A stretch of DNA of 64,000 nucleotides, taken from NCBI GenBank assembly GCA_965215195.1, contig CBDCDC010000002.1:1568001-1632000 (forward strand), read 5' to 3'. A program made the position numbers and the translations under genes. Shown here in pieces: positions 39,713 to 48,596 of this stretch (within the stretch, counting starts at the first letter, position 1; every line of letters begins with the position of its first letter). A model generated the notes under the pieces. The model made no database searches. It had not been told where the DNA came from and was given only the letters and a program-made list of their open reading frames with translations. Source of the stretch: Candidatus Latescibacterota bacterium. GTDB taxonomy: Bacteria; Latescibacterota; UBA2968; UBA8231.

Positions 39713-39796
39713 GGGGTTTGTTCAGGCCGAGGCGGGTGCTTTTTTTCACGGGGAACCGGCTTCCGCTTGGTCGGACGGGCTCCGGCATGGCGGCCT

Positions 39797-40771
39797 TCAT
39801 TGCTGGCGCGGGACACCAGTCCGCTTGGCTAGTTCGGCCGCTATCCAGCGGTAGGTGTACTCAATTCCTTCCCGGATGGTTGTTTCCGGCTGCCAGCCGA
39901 TGATCTCGTTCAGGAGCGTATTGTCGCTGTTGCGCCCCCGAACTCCTTGGGGCTTGGTCAGGTCGTGGTTGCAGAGCAGACGCTTTCCTGCGGCGGCGCA
40001 TACGGCGTCCACCAACTGGTTGATCGTAATGAGCTCCTCGGAGCCCAAGTTCACCGGCTTGGTGTAGCCCGACTCCATGATGCGCCGCAGCCCCTCAATG
40101 CAATCGTCGATGTAGCAGAAACTGCGGGTCTGTTCGCCATCGCCCCAGATCTCGATGCTCCCCCCGTCTTCTGCCATCGCCACCTTGCGGCAGATTGCCG
40201 CCGGTACTTTCTCTTTGCCGCCATCGTAAGCGCCCAAAGGGCCGTAGATGTTGTGGAAGCGGACGATGCGCGCGTTTAGGCCGCATTCTTCGTGGTAATA
40301 AGTGGTCAACTGCTCGGCGAACAGCTTTTCCCACCCATAGCCCTTCTCCGGGTCGGCGGGGATCGCTTCGTCTTCCCGCAGCGGCGTGACGCACTCGGCC
40401 GCTTGGAGAAAGCTGGGATAGACACAGGCGGAACTGGTGTAGAGGTATCGGTTCACCCGGGACACCCGCGCCGCTTCCAGCATATGGCTGTTGATAAGGG
40501 TGTTGTTGCGGGTCAGGGAGGCGTGGTTGGCAGTGATGTAGCCGATGCCGCCCATGTCGGCGGCTAGTTGGTAAACGTCGTCCATGCCGTCGGCGGCTTG
40601 CAGGCAGTTTTCGAAGTTGCGCAGGTCGGCAATCACGAACTCGTCGGCGGCGCTGTCCTCGAATTCGGGGCACTTGAGGTCCACGCCGCGGATCCAGTGG
40701 CCCTCGGCCTTCAGGTGCTTGACGAGGTGGTGGCCGATAAAGCCGCCGGCTCCGGTAACGACGATGTTCAT
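39797..40771 (-). CDS. NAD-dependent epimerase, GDP-mannose 3,5-epimerase-like
   Basis: GAGGFIG, LAADMGGIG, SSACVYP, YGWEK, EKVPAAICRK, GVRGRNSDN. Confidence 0.85.
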   Translation of the reverse strand: MNIVVTGAGGFIGHHLVKHLKAEGHWIRGVDLKCPEFEDSAADEFVIADLRNFENCLQAADGMDDVYQLAADMGGIGYITANHASLTRNNTLINSHMLEAARVSRVNRYLYTSSACVYPSFLQAAECVTPLREDEAIPADPEKGYGWEKLFAEQLTTYYHEECGLNARIVRFHNIYGPLGAYDGGKEKVPAAICRKVAMAEDGGSIEIWGDGEQTRSFCYIDDCIEGLRRIMESGYTKPVNLGSEELITINQLVDAVCAAAGKRLLCNHDLTKPQGVRGRNSDNTLLNEIIGWQPETTIREGIEYTYRWIAAELAKRTGVPRQQ

Positions 40772-41532
40772 TGTATGTCCTTTCTCGAGATCCTGAGCTG
40801 GAATATCTTCTTGGCGATCTTCAAGACAGGAATCAGGAAGCTCCCCCGCAGGCCATTGTTCCGGCAGGCCCGAGCCACCTCCAAGGCGGCCTTGAGGATA
40901 CTCTTGATGGATTGGGTGGAATTGCCGTGTGGTGCCATGTTGATCAGTACCCGTCTCAGGTATTTCACGTTGATCTCATGCACGAGCATCAGGCGCAGCA
41001 TCAGTTCGTAGTCTGCGGCAATGGGATACTGAAGATCGAATGCGCCGTATCGTTCGTAAACGCGCTGGCGCACGAAGAACGTCGGATGCGGGGGGGGCAT
41101 CCAGCCTAAGAACCACTTGGCTTTCCGGTAGTCTCCGGCCTTCCAATAGCGGATCACCCGGTCGGTTTCGTTGATATAGACTAAGTCCCCATAGCAGGCA
41201 TCGACCTCTTCATCCTCGCTGAAGACCTCTGCAACATCGCGGATGACCAGCGGGTCGCGGTACTGGTCGTCGGCGTTCAGAATCCCGACCACCTCGCCGG
41301 TGGCGTGGCGGATCCCTTTGTTCATGCCGTCGTAGATGCCTTCATCCGGCTCGCTGATGAGCACGGAAATCCTGTCCCGGTAGCGCTCGAGGACTTCGAG
41401 GGTGCCGTCGGTGGAGGCGGCATCTATGACGATAGTTTCCAGTTCGTGCCTGTGCTGCTGGGACAGGATGGATTCCAAAGCGCGCTCGATCCGCACGTCG
41501 TTGAATACCGGCAATACGATGGAGATTTTCAT
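40768..41532 (-). CDS. Glycosyltransferase family 2 (WcaE-like)
   Basis: MKISIVLPVFN, ISEPDEGIYDGMNKG, GWMPPPHPTFF. Confidence 0.88.
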   Translation of the reverse strand: MKISIVLPVFNDVRIERALESILSQQHRHELETIVIDAASTDGTLEVLERYRDRISVLISEPDEGIYDGMNKGIRHATGEVVGILNADDQYRDPLVIRDVAEVFSEDEEVDACYGDLVYINETDRVIRYWKAGDYRKAKWFLGWMPPPHPTFFVRQRVYERYGAFDLQYPIAADYELMLRLMLVHEINVKYLRRVLINMAPHGNSTQSIKSILKAALEVARACRNNGLRGSFLIPVLKIAKKIFQLRISRKDIQ

Positions 41533-41881
41533 TCGGCTTTGGTGCATGAAGGGCTGAATAAAGACAGGCTCCTTAGTACCGGACATGACCTTGTTGCGCA
41601 AGAATCCATGCCCCTCGTCCAAGGAATCTATCCTGTTCAAAGTATCGTCTCCCCCGCCTTCCGTCAAACATCGTCGCCCGCCTTGCCGTCGCTCGAAGGT
41701 CGCGTAGTGGGTACGCAATTGGCCAGTTGATGCTCGACCGCGAACGAGCAAGCCGTGAGCAGGGCTTGTTATCTCGGACCCATGAAATGGCGAATGAAGT
41801 GAACGACCACCTAGCAGCTAACTGGAACTCGACGATGAACAGGACGAACAGCGTGTTATGCAGCCGGGTGGACATGACCCA

Positions 41882-44203
41882 TTACGGCTTCTCCGATTGT
41901 TCTTCGGATTGTCGCCGCACCAGCATGACGTGGTCGAGCATGATGTGGCCCCAGCCGCTGGTTTCGTCGTCGAATAGTTCCAACTGCAGACGCTCGCCGG
42001 CGACAGCGGCCAAGGGATGGACGACCTGCCTGAACTGCTCCGTATTCCTGCCCCGCCAGACCGCGACTTCGGCACCGTTGGCCAACAGGCGCAGACCGAC
42101 ACCGCTACCCGCGCCGCCGGCGATCAGGAAGGTGAGATGTTGGCCAGGCTCGGCAGTGAACGCCGGCGACAGCACCCGCCCGGTGGCCCGGTTTCCTTTG
42201 TCGGGGTGATAGCTTGTCAGGAAGCCTCGGCTCACGTTGCCGCGGATCGGCTGATAGCCTTTGTAATAGTCGTGTTGGGCATAGTTCGTGACCGCTTCGC
42301 CTGCCGGAAGCCAGCCGTCAAATCCGTCTTCGAAGTAGCCAATAAACTGCTCGCCAACGTAGAGATGACCGCTGACCAGAGGAAGGGCATCGTGGGGCAG
42401 CACGAAGGCGTCCACGCATAACTCCGGCGTACCACATTTGCCTTTGGCTACCGTTTCTTCCCTTTGCCCGAAGGACAACGCGATCAGTTCGTCCGGCGCA
42501 CGGTTCCGGACGAAGGCCTGCGCCAACCGGCCGTCGACGAGGACCGCGATGTCGTCCGAACTGTAGTCGAAGTGCGGCTCCATTCTCTCCCAGAACCAAG
42601 CGGCGGGATCAACACCTTCCAACGGGTTAGCGGAGGCAAGTCTGAACCTGTTTTCGCTCCCACCACCAAGGTATGGAGCACCTGCAAAAAGCGTATTATC
42701 GAAGTCAATTTCAACCTTCTCAGTATTGGCCAAGTGGGTTATTCCGAATTCTCTGTAGAGCAGCTTGAATGTACCCTTCGTATGGATGTATCTGTCTGGA
42801 TCTCCCGTTGTTACACGAAAATAATCGTAGGAATTGACCAATCCGTCCAAGTTCACCACCGGAAAGCGCGAGAAGTACCCTATGACGCCGGCGTCCCACG
42901 ACCCAATCACGCTGTCTTTGGGAAGCAGATGATCCATAACCTGTACGCCCATGTAAGAAGTAATCTCCCATTCGCGGTAGGTTGACTCGCTCATTCGGTC
43001 AACCCACCTGAAGGGGTAGGTGAAATCCGCCTTCCCAGTAAGGAAAGCCGCGCCGGAAATGACAATGCCCACGCTCACGATGTTTGCCGCTTGGGGCAAC
43101 CTCGCTCCAATGAAACGGCGGATGAGATGGATAGCGACAAAGCACCTTAATGGAATAATAATCAGTGCCATCATCAGGTACGCCGGGACGAAATACCAGC
43201 CATAGCGTCCCCAAGAAGGATAGATGGTGAGAACGGTCTGTGCGAACTTGGCCAGATGACCGGCCGCCAGGCCGAACACGCCCGCAAGGAAGGCCAGCAG
43301 CAGCCAATCTCCCTCGCTCTTGGAGCGACGGGCGAACCACCAGACCAGCAGCAGATAAGCGCAAATTTCCAGTGCCACCAACAGCTCGTAGTTGAAGACG
43401 GGAATCTGCAATACGTCCCAGAAGTTCCGGGCGAAGCTGTACCCGCCTTCCCGCTCAAATCTTATCTGTGACCAGACCTGCTTGGTGGCCCCGCTCACCG
43501 GTACGAGGCCGCCGAACACGATTCTGTTATAGGCGAAGTACACCGAGATGCTCGCGCAGGCGGCGAGAAATGGTACGGCTGCCTTTGGGACGCGCGTTTT
43601 GAACGGCGCGCCAGGCGGACGGTCTTGCCCTGAGTACTCAATGAGGCACAATGCCGCTGTTGCCGCCAGCGATATGGCGATGTACTCCAAGCGCACCCAA
43701 GGCAGAAGGAAAGCGATTGTTGCCAGCAGTCCCACCCACCGCCGCGGGTCGCGGGCATAGAGCACCAATGCCAGAAACAGCAGCGCCAGCGCGAACAGCG
43801 CTGCGGCGGCCTCCATGCCAAATATCAAATACAGGTGGTAGCGCCCCTCGTAGAGGGCCGGCAGAACCGCGAGCAGCAGAATATAGGGCAGACGGGCCAG
43901 CCGGGCGGCCACTGCGACCAGCGACACGCCGGAGGCGACGAGCATGATCTCGAACGCCTTGATGGCGAACAGCGCGGTTTCCTTGTCGAACACCCAGTAG
44001 AACGGGACGATCATAAACAGCCAGAGGGGATGGTAGCCGTTGGTCTCCGTGATGCCGCCGTCGAAGGTCGAGAACTTCCCCTCGGCCATGTTGTAGGCGA
44101 TTTGGAAGTAGTAGAAGGAGTCGTCCCCGTTTACGTCGCGGAGCAAGTTGACCAAGTCGAAGCGCTCAAGCATGTACCAAGCGAACCCGGCTCCATACGC
44201 CAA
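41882..44203 (-). CDS. GT-C-like membrane protein with C-terminal carbohydrate-binding-like domain
   Basis: DDSFYY...TFDG..TNGYHPLW, WDAGVIGYFS..VVNLDGLVN; tail TGRVLSPAF...GWGHIMLDHV; native start appears lost. Confidence 0.7.
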   Translation of the reverse strand: MAYGAGFAWYMLERFDLVNLLRDVNGDDSFYYFQIAYNMAEGKFSTFDGGITETNGYHPLWLFMIVPFYWVFDKETALFAIKAFEIMLVASGVSLVAVAARLARLPYILLLAVLPALYEGRYHLYLIFGMEAAAALFALALLFLALVLYARDPRRWVGLLATIAFLLPWVRLEYIAISLAATAALCLIEYSGQDRPPGAPFKTRVPKAAVPFLAACASISVYFAYNRIVFGGLVPVSGATKQVWSQIRFEREGGYSFARNFWDVLQIPVFNYELLVALEICAYLLLVWWFARRSKSEGDWLLLAFLAGVFGLAAGHLAKFAQTVLTIYPSWGRYGWYFVPAYLMMALIIIPLRCFVAIHLIRRFIGARLPQAANIVSVGIVISGAAFLTGKADFTYPFRWVDRMSESTYREWEITSYMGVQVMDHLLPKDSVIGSWDAGVIGYFSRFPVVNLDGLVNSYDYFRVTTGDPDRYIHTKGTFKLLYREFGITHLANTEKVEIDFDNTLFAGAPYLGGGSENRFRLASANPLEGVDPAAWFWERMEPHFDYSSDDIAVLVDGRLAQAFVRNRAPDELIALSFGQREETVAKGKCGTPELCVDAFVLPHDALPLVSGHLYVGEQFIGYFEDGFDGWLPAGEAVTNYAQHDYYKGYQPIRGNVSRGFLTSYHPDKGNRATGRVLSPAFTAEPGQHLTFLIAGGAGSGVGLRLLANGAEVAVWRGRNTEQFRQVVHPLAAVAGERLQLELFDDETSGWGHIMLDHVMLVRRQSEEQSEKP

Positions 44204-44256
44204 GATGCCCCCAATGAACAGGGCGAACAGGGCGTTGTGCCACGAGGAGGACAGGG

Positions 44257-44460
44257 TTATTCCCCTCTCCCAGATAGGGCGAGGACCCGCACTCGCGCAT
44301 CCGTTGGCGTCGCGGCTGCCGTCGTCAACATAGACGAGCTCGAAATCAAGGTCGGGGACTTGTCCAAGCGTGGCGACCAGATGGCGATGGGTCTCGCGGA
44401 GCAGGGTGCTACAACGGACAGGCGCACGAGGGTCGGCGCTGTTTCGATTCTATCGTCCAT
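44257..44460 (-). pseudogene. GtrB-like GT2 remnant with several deletions
   Basis: Alternating frames: LSVVAPC / LRETHRHLVATLGQVPDLDFELVYVDDGSRDA / DARVRVLALS. Confidence 0.72.
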
Positions 44461-44511
44461 GGCGTACCGTTCCGGTCATCGCTCGCCCAAATAGAGCCGA
44501 TCACTGAAATC

Positions 44512-46887
44512 CTATTGATTGCTGGATGGACTGGAGTTTGACAAACCCACCATGAAAACTCCTTCCCAGACTTGGCCTTCTCCGGGCACATACTGGCCAG
44601 TTCGGATTGCCGCAATGTCGTAGTCTGGCAGGTCTCGATTCACCACGCAGATTCCTTCTTCAATGAGGCCGCCGAATTGTCTGTAGTCAAAGTCGAGATT
44701 GTCAAAGCCGTACTGCTTGCGATGGCCGGGCAGGTCGTTCACGTTAACCGGATCGAGATGCAGGAAGAACCTTGCGTCAACGTCATTCTGTTTGCACCGC
44801 TCCTTCACGTAGGTAAGTTGGTTTCCACTGAGGTACACATCGAATGTGGAGGATATTACCGGCTGCATGTTCGCCAGGTATTCATGTAACGACATTGCTT
44901 CAACCCGCACCGGGGAAAGGGCGTTGTGGGGCAGTTCAAAAGCTTCCACGCAGTACCCCAGGTGATTCACCCTCGGGTCTCTCCACACGTAGCGGACGCT
45001 CTCAGCCGTTGCGCTCTCCGCGGGAAACCAAGAGAACGCGAATATCTTCTGACGAATATGCTCAGGTTCACAATCCTTAGCCAAAACTTGGGCCATTCTG
45101 TCTTCCACGAAAACGCCTACTCCATCTGACTCGAAGTGAAAATGAGGCCTTATTCTCTCCCAGAAATAGGCATTGCTGTCGAGCTCGTCCCATGCCGGCG
45201 GCGGCTTTGCAGCCCAGACCCTGAAGTCAAGCACTCGATTTCCGCTCTTGCCAAATGGAGTGCCTTGAAATAGCAATACTTCGTTTCCGTGGGGGTCAGG
45301 AGCACCAAAATCACTATACCTGATGTAGTGAGTTATTCCGATTTGTTCTCCATATTGGGGTGGCATTCGACCTATCGCGTCGTAGGATTTGGGCGCGTGC
45401 AGGTAATCGTAGGAATTCACGAGACCATCCAAGTTTACCACGGGGAAGCGAGAGAAATATCCGATTATGCCGGCGTCCCACGTTCCAACGATACTGTCCT
45501 CCGGAAGCACGCGGTTCATTACTCTTGTGATCAAGTAGGCTGGTGCCCATGCTCTATCTCCGTTCTGGAAGTTGCTGCGATTGCCATATTTGACATGGCC
45601 GAAAGGACCCTCAAAGTTCGTCTTTATGACCAGAAAAAGCGTGCCTGTGATGATGATCCCCAAACTCAAGCGATTGGCGGCACGGGGCGATTTCGGCCCG
45701 ACCAGCCAACGTCCACAGTAAATCGCAAGATAGCAAAAGACTGGAACAGCCAGAGCCATCATCAGGTACGCAGGAACGAAATACCACGGCTCTACTCCAG
45801 GCCTGGGGTACACCGTCAGAACAGTTTGCGCGAACTTCGCCAGATGGCCCGCCGCCAAACCGAACACGCCTACTAGAAAAACCAAGAATGGCCATTCCTC
45901 TCGGCGTCGGGAATGGCGGGTTGACCACCAGACAAGCAGGATGCAGGCGCAGAGTCCGGCGGCGAGCAGTAGCTCGTAATTCAAAGCTGGAACTTGCAGG
46001 GTCCTCTGAAGATTTCCTACGAGATTGTACCCGCCTTCATTCTCAAAGCTGCCCTGCGACCACGCCTGCTTGGTCGCGCCGCTCACCGGTACGATCCCAC
46101 CAAAGACGATGCCGTTATAGGCGAAGTAAACGAGGATGCCGGCGACCGCACCCAGCAATGGCGCAACAGCGTGGAGCGCTCGTATGGAACGAATTAGGCC
46201 GGGCGGCCGCTCCTGCCACAACCACTCGATGAGACACAGCGCGGCGGTAGCCGCCAAGGATATAGCCATGAACTCGAGGCGGACCCAAGGCAGACTAATG
46301 GCAACAGCCGTGAGGAACCACCGCCAACGGCTCGAACTTCTGGCATAGAGGGAGAGAGCGAAGAAGAGCAGTCCTAGCATGAACAGCGCGGCGGCAGCTT
46401 CCATTCCAAGAAGCATACCGCGCTGGAGATAGAGGACGGGCAGCGCGGTGATCAACAGAATCCAAGGCAGGCGGCATATTCGAGCAGCGAGAACGATCAG
46501 GACAACGCCGCCGGCGATTAGCATGATCTCGAAGGCCTTGATGCCGAACAGCGCCGCTTCCTTGTCGAACACCCAATAGAACGGCGTGATGAGCAACATC
46601 CAGAGGGGGTGATAGCCGTTAGTTTGCGTGATGCCGCCATCGAAGGTCGAGAACTTCCCCGCGGACAGGTGATAGGCTATCTGGGAATAGTAGAAGGCGT
46701 CATCAACATTGCCCAAGGTCCGAGGACGGAGTAGGTCGACTAGGTCAAATTGATCAAGCATGTACCAAGCGAACCCGGCTCCATACGATAGGATGCCCCC
46801 GATGAACAGGGCGAACAGGGCGTTGCGTCCCGTCGAACACCGCGGCCGGTGTTCCCGGCTTCGCTTGGAACTGACGTCGTCGCCCAT
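44512..46887 (-). CDS. GT-C-like membrane protein (paralog of 41882) with C-terminal FFLH domain
   Basis: DDAFYY...TNGYHPLW, WDAGIIGYFS..VVNLDGLVN; tail FFLHLDP...YGFDNLDF...IRTGQY. Confidence 0.75.
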   Translation of the reverse strand: MGDDVSSKRSREHRPRCSTGRNALFALFIGGILSYGAGFAWYMLDQFDLVDLLRPRTLGNVDDAFYYSQIAYHLSAGKFSTFDGGITQTNGYHPLWMLLITPFYWVFDKEAALFGIKAFEIMLIAGGVVLIVLAARICRLPWILLITALPVLYLQRGMLLGMEAAAALFMLGLLFFALSLYARSSSRWRWFLTAVAISLPWVRLEFMAISLAATAALCLIEWLWQERPPGLIRSIRALHAVAPLLGAVAGILVYFAYNGIVFGGIVPVSGATKQAWSQGSFENEGGYNLVGNLQRTLQVPALNYELLLAAGLCACILLVWWSTRHSRRREEWPFLVFLVGVFGLAAGHLAKFAQTVLTVYPRPGVEPWYFVPAYLMMALAVPVFCYLAIYCGRWLVGPKSPRAANRLSLGIIITGTLFLVIKTNFEGPFGHVKYGNRSNFQNGDRAWAPAYLITRVMNRVLPEDSIVGTWDAGIIGYFSRFPVVNLDGLVNSYDYLHAPKSYDAIGRMPPQYGEQIGITHYIRYSDFGAPDPHGNEVLLFQGTPFGKSGNRVLDFRVWAAKPPPAWDELDSNAYFWERIRPHFHFESDGVGVFVEDRMAQVLAKDCEPEHIRQKIFAFSWFPAESATAESVRYVWRDPRVNHLGYCVEAFELPHNALSPVRVEAMSLHEYLANMQPVISSTFDVYLSGNQLTYVKERCKQNDVDARFFLHLDPVNVNDLPGHRKQYGFDNLDFDYRQFGGLIEEGICVVNRDLPDYDIAAIRTGQYVPGEGQVWEGVFMVGLSNSSPSSNQ

Positions 46888-46888
46888 C

Positions 46889-48454
46889 TCAGACGTGCGC
46901 CACGTCGAACGCCACGATGTTGCGAGTTTCCTTGCCAAACTCCACACCGACTAGGTGGATCGGCTGGCCCAAGTGGCGGTACTTATCGGCGTAGCCTTTC
47001 TCCTGCAACTGCGCCAAGGCCGCGCCCGTAGCATCCTTCTCCACCGCCTTGAACTCAAACAGGTACACATGGTCGTTGAACCGGACCGCCATGTCCGCAC
47101 GCCCGCCGCTGCTGCTTTCCTCACCCGCGACGGCGAGGCCCCGCGACTCAAAGCAGGAATGGAACACGGTGGCGTAGTAGCCCTCGTAGTTCGCCATCGG
47201 ATTGTTCATGTGCCACTCGTACGGAATGCTGGCGAACAGGGCCCGGAACGTCTCCTCCAGTCCGGCGAAGTCGTTGGCCTTCAGCAACCTAAGCAGCTGG
47301 TCGCCTTCCACCAGCCGGCGCGAAGCAGCCGGCACCAAGGCATTCAACAGGCTCCGATTCAGGCTCTGCCGCACCTCGCGGTTGGGATAGCCCAGCCGGT
47401 AAAAGGTTTCGCCGCCGAGACGTTCCCGCTCTAGAATCGTCAGGTAGCCGGTCTGGAACAAGAGTGCCTCCGTGGCAATGTCGTCCACGTCGAAGGCGGA
47501 CAGCAGGTCCCGGCTGGCCAGCATGCCGTCCAAGGCTGCCGAACCCACCCCACGCGCCATTAGCGTGTCCACCAAGAACGTCGGCGTACCGGTCTCGAAC
47601 CACCAAGGCTCGAACTCGCGCTCGTCGAACAGCAGGAGGATGTCAAAGGGATTATAGACCTTCTCCCCCCCCAGCCAACTATAGCCGTTGTACCAAGCGC
47701 GGATCTCCGCCCGGTCCAAGCCCGGCAACTCGGGCGCGAACACTGCATCGAGGTCCGCCTCTGTGTAGCCGCAGATGGCCGAGTAGCGCGAATCGAGGGT
47801 GAGGTCTCGGAGGTTGTTCAGCCCCGAGAACCTGCTCACCCCGGTCAGCAGCGTGAACTTGATGTGCGCGTCCGCGAACTTGATCGTCGAATACAGGCCG
47901 CGAAGGTAATTGCGGTTGGCGCGCGCCACCTGCGGCACTTCCAAGGCGTCCAAGATCGGCTTGTCGTACTCGTCCACCAGCACCACGACGCGATGCCCGA
48001 CCCGCTCGCGCAACGCCTCCACAAGATGGGCAAAGCGCCCCGGCGCGGTCGCGTACTCAGGTGCCACACCCTCCCGACGTGCGATGGCGGCCAGTTGCTC
48101 CATGACGTTCGCCTCGAGGTTGCCCGGCCTCGTGAAGTCGCCGCCGCTGAAATCGAGCCGCACCACCGGCCGGCGAACCGTCCAGTCCTCCCAACTATCG
48201 TGGATGGCCAACCCCCGGAACAGGGCCTCGTTCCCCTCGAACGCCTCCTTGATGGTGTCCACCAGAAGGCTCTTGCCGAACCGCCGAGGGCGCGACAGGA
48301 AGTAGTGCGTACCTTCGTCCGCCAACCGCTGGATGTAGGCGGTCTTATCGACGTAGTAGTACCCCCCCTCGCGAATCGTGCGAAAGGTCTGGAGGCCAAT
48401 GGGCAGCTTGCGCCTCGGCTTTCCAATCCGGTCGTCAGGCTCTGTCCCTGTCAT
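46889..48454 (-). CDS. AAA-ATPase-like + PD-(D/E)XK nuclease (DUF1703-type), copy 1
   Basis: KLPIGLQTF, SRPRRFGKS, VDEYDKP, GRADM...FEFK; lacks RVSLFS. Confidence 0.88.
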   Translation of the reverse strand: MTGTEPDDRIGKPRRKLPIGLQTFRTIREGGYYYVDKTAYIQRLADEGTHYFLSRPRRFGKSLLVDTIKEAFEGNEALFRGLAIHDSWEDWTVRRPVVRLDFSGGDFTRPGNLEANVMEQLAAIARREGVAPEYATAPGRFAHLVEALRERVGHRVVVLVDEYDKPILDALEVPQVARANRNYLRGLYSTIKFADAHIKFTLLTGVSRFSGLNNLRDLTLDSRYSAICGYTEADLDAVFAPELPGLDRAEIRAWYNGYSWLGGEKVYNPFDILLLFDEREFEPWWFETGTPTFLVDTLMARGVGSAALDGMLASRDLLSAFDVDDIATEALLFQTGYLTILERERLGGETFYRLGYPNREVRQSLNRSLLNALVPAASRRLVEGDQLLRLLKANDFAGLEETFRALFASIPYEWHMNNPMANYEGYYATVFHSCFESRGLAVAGEESSSGGRADMAVRFNDHVYLFEFKAVEKDATGAALAQLQEKGYADKYRHLGQPIHLVGVEFGKETRNIVAFDVAHV

Positions 48455-48596
48455 CGGCGTACTCCAGCGAACTCGGCATCCAGCAGCGGACCGCTGGGCA
48501 GAATCTTCGGTTTTTGATTTTCGCTTTTGATCATATCTGAATGGTACGCGGCGACCCTACTCGGCGGCGTCTAACAGGTGCCTAGCACCTGTATTC

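Larger units (their letters stand above)
39164..39777. repeat. ~54-bp imperfect direct repeats (39164-39216, 39724-39777) flanking the brnTA module
   Basis: AGGCCG(G/A)GGCGGGTGCTTTTTTT...GGAA(G/C)CGGCTTCCGCTTGGTCGGACG. Confidence 0.8.

Noticed and set aside
39164-39777. Integron attC sites around brnA
   Set aside because: The repeats lack RYYYAAC/GTTRRRY core sites and no integrase is present
41573-41875. 100-aa ORF between the GT2 and GT-C genes
   Set aside because: No recognisable motif; possibly another deleted remnant but cannot be assigned
48574-48592. Palindrome ACAGGTGC-CTA-GCACCTGT between the AAA copies
   Set aside because: Too short to distinguish an IS footprint, operator or terminator from chance
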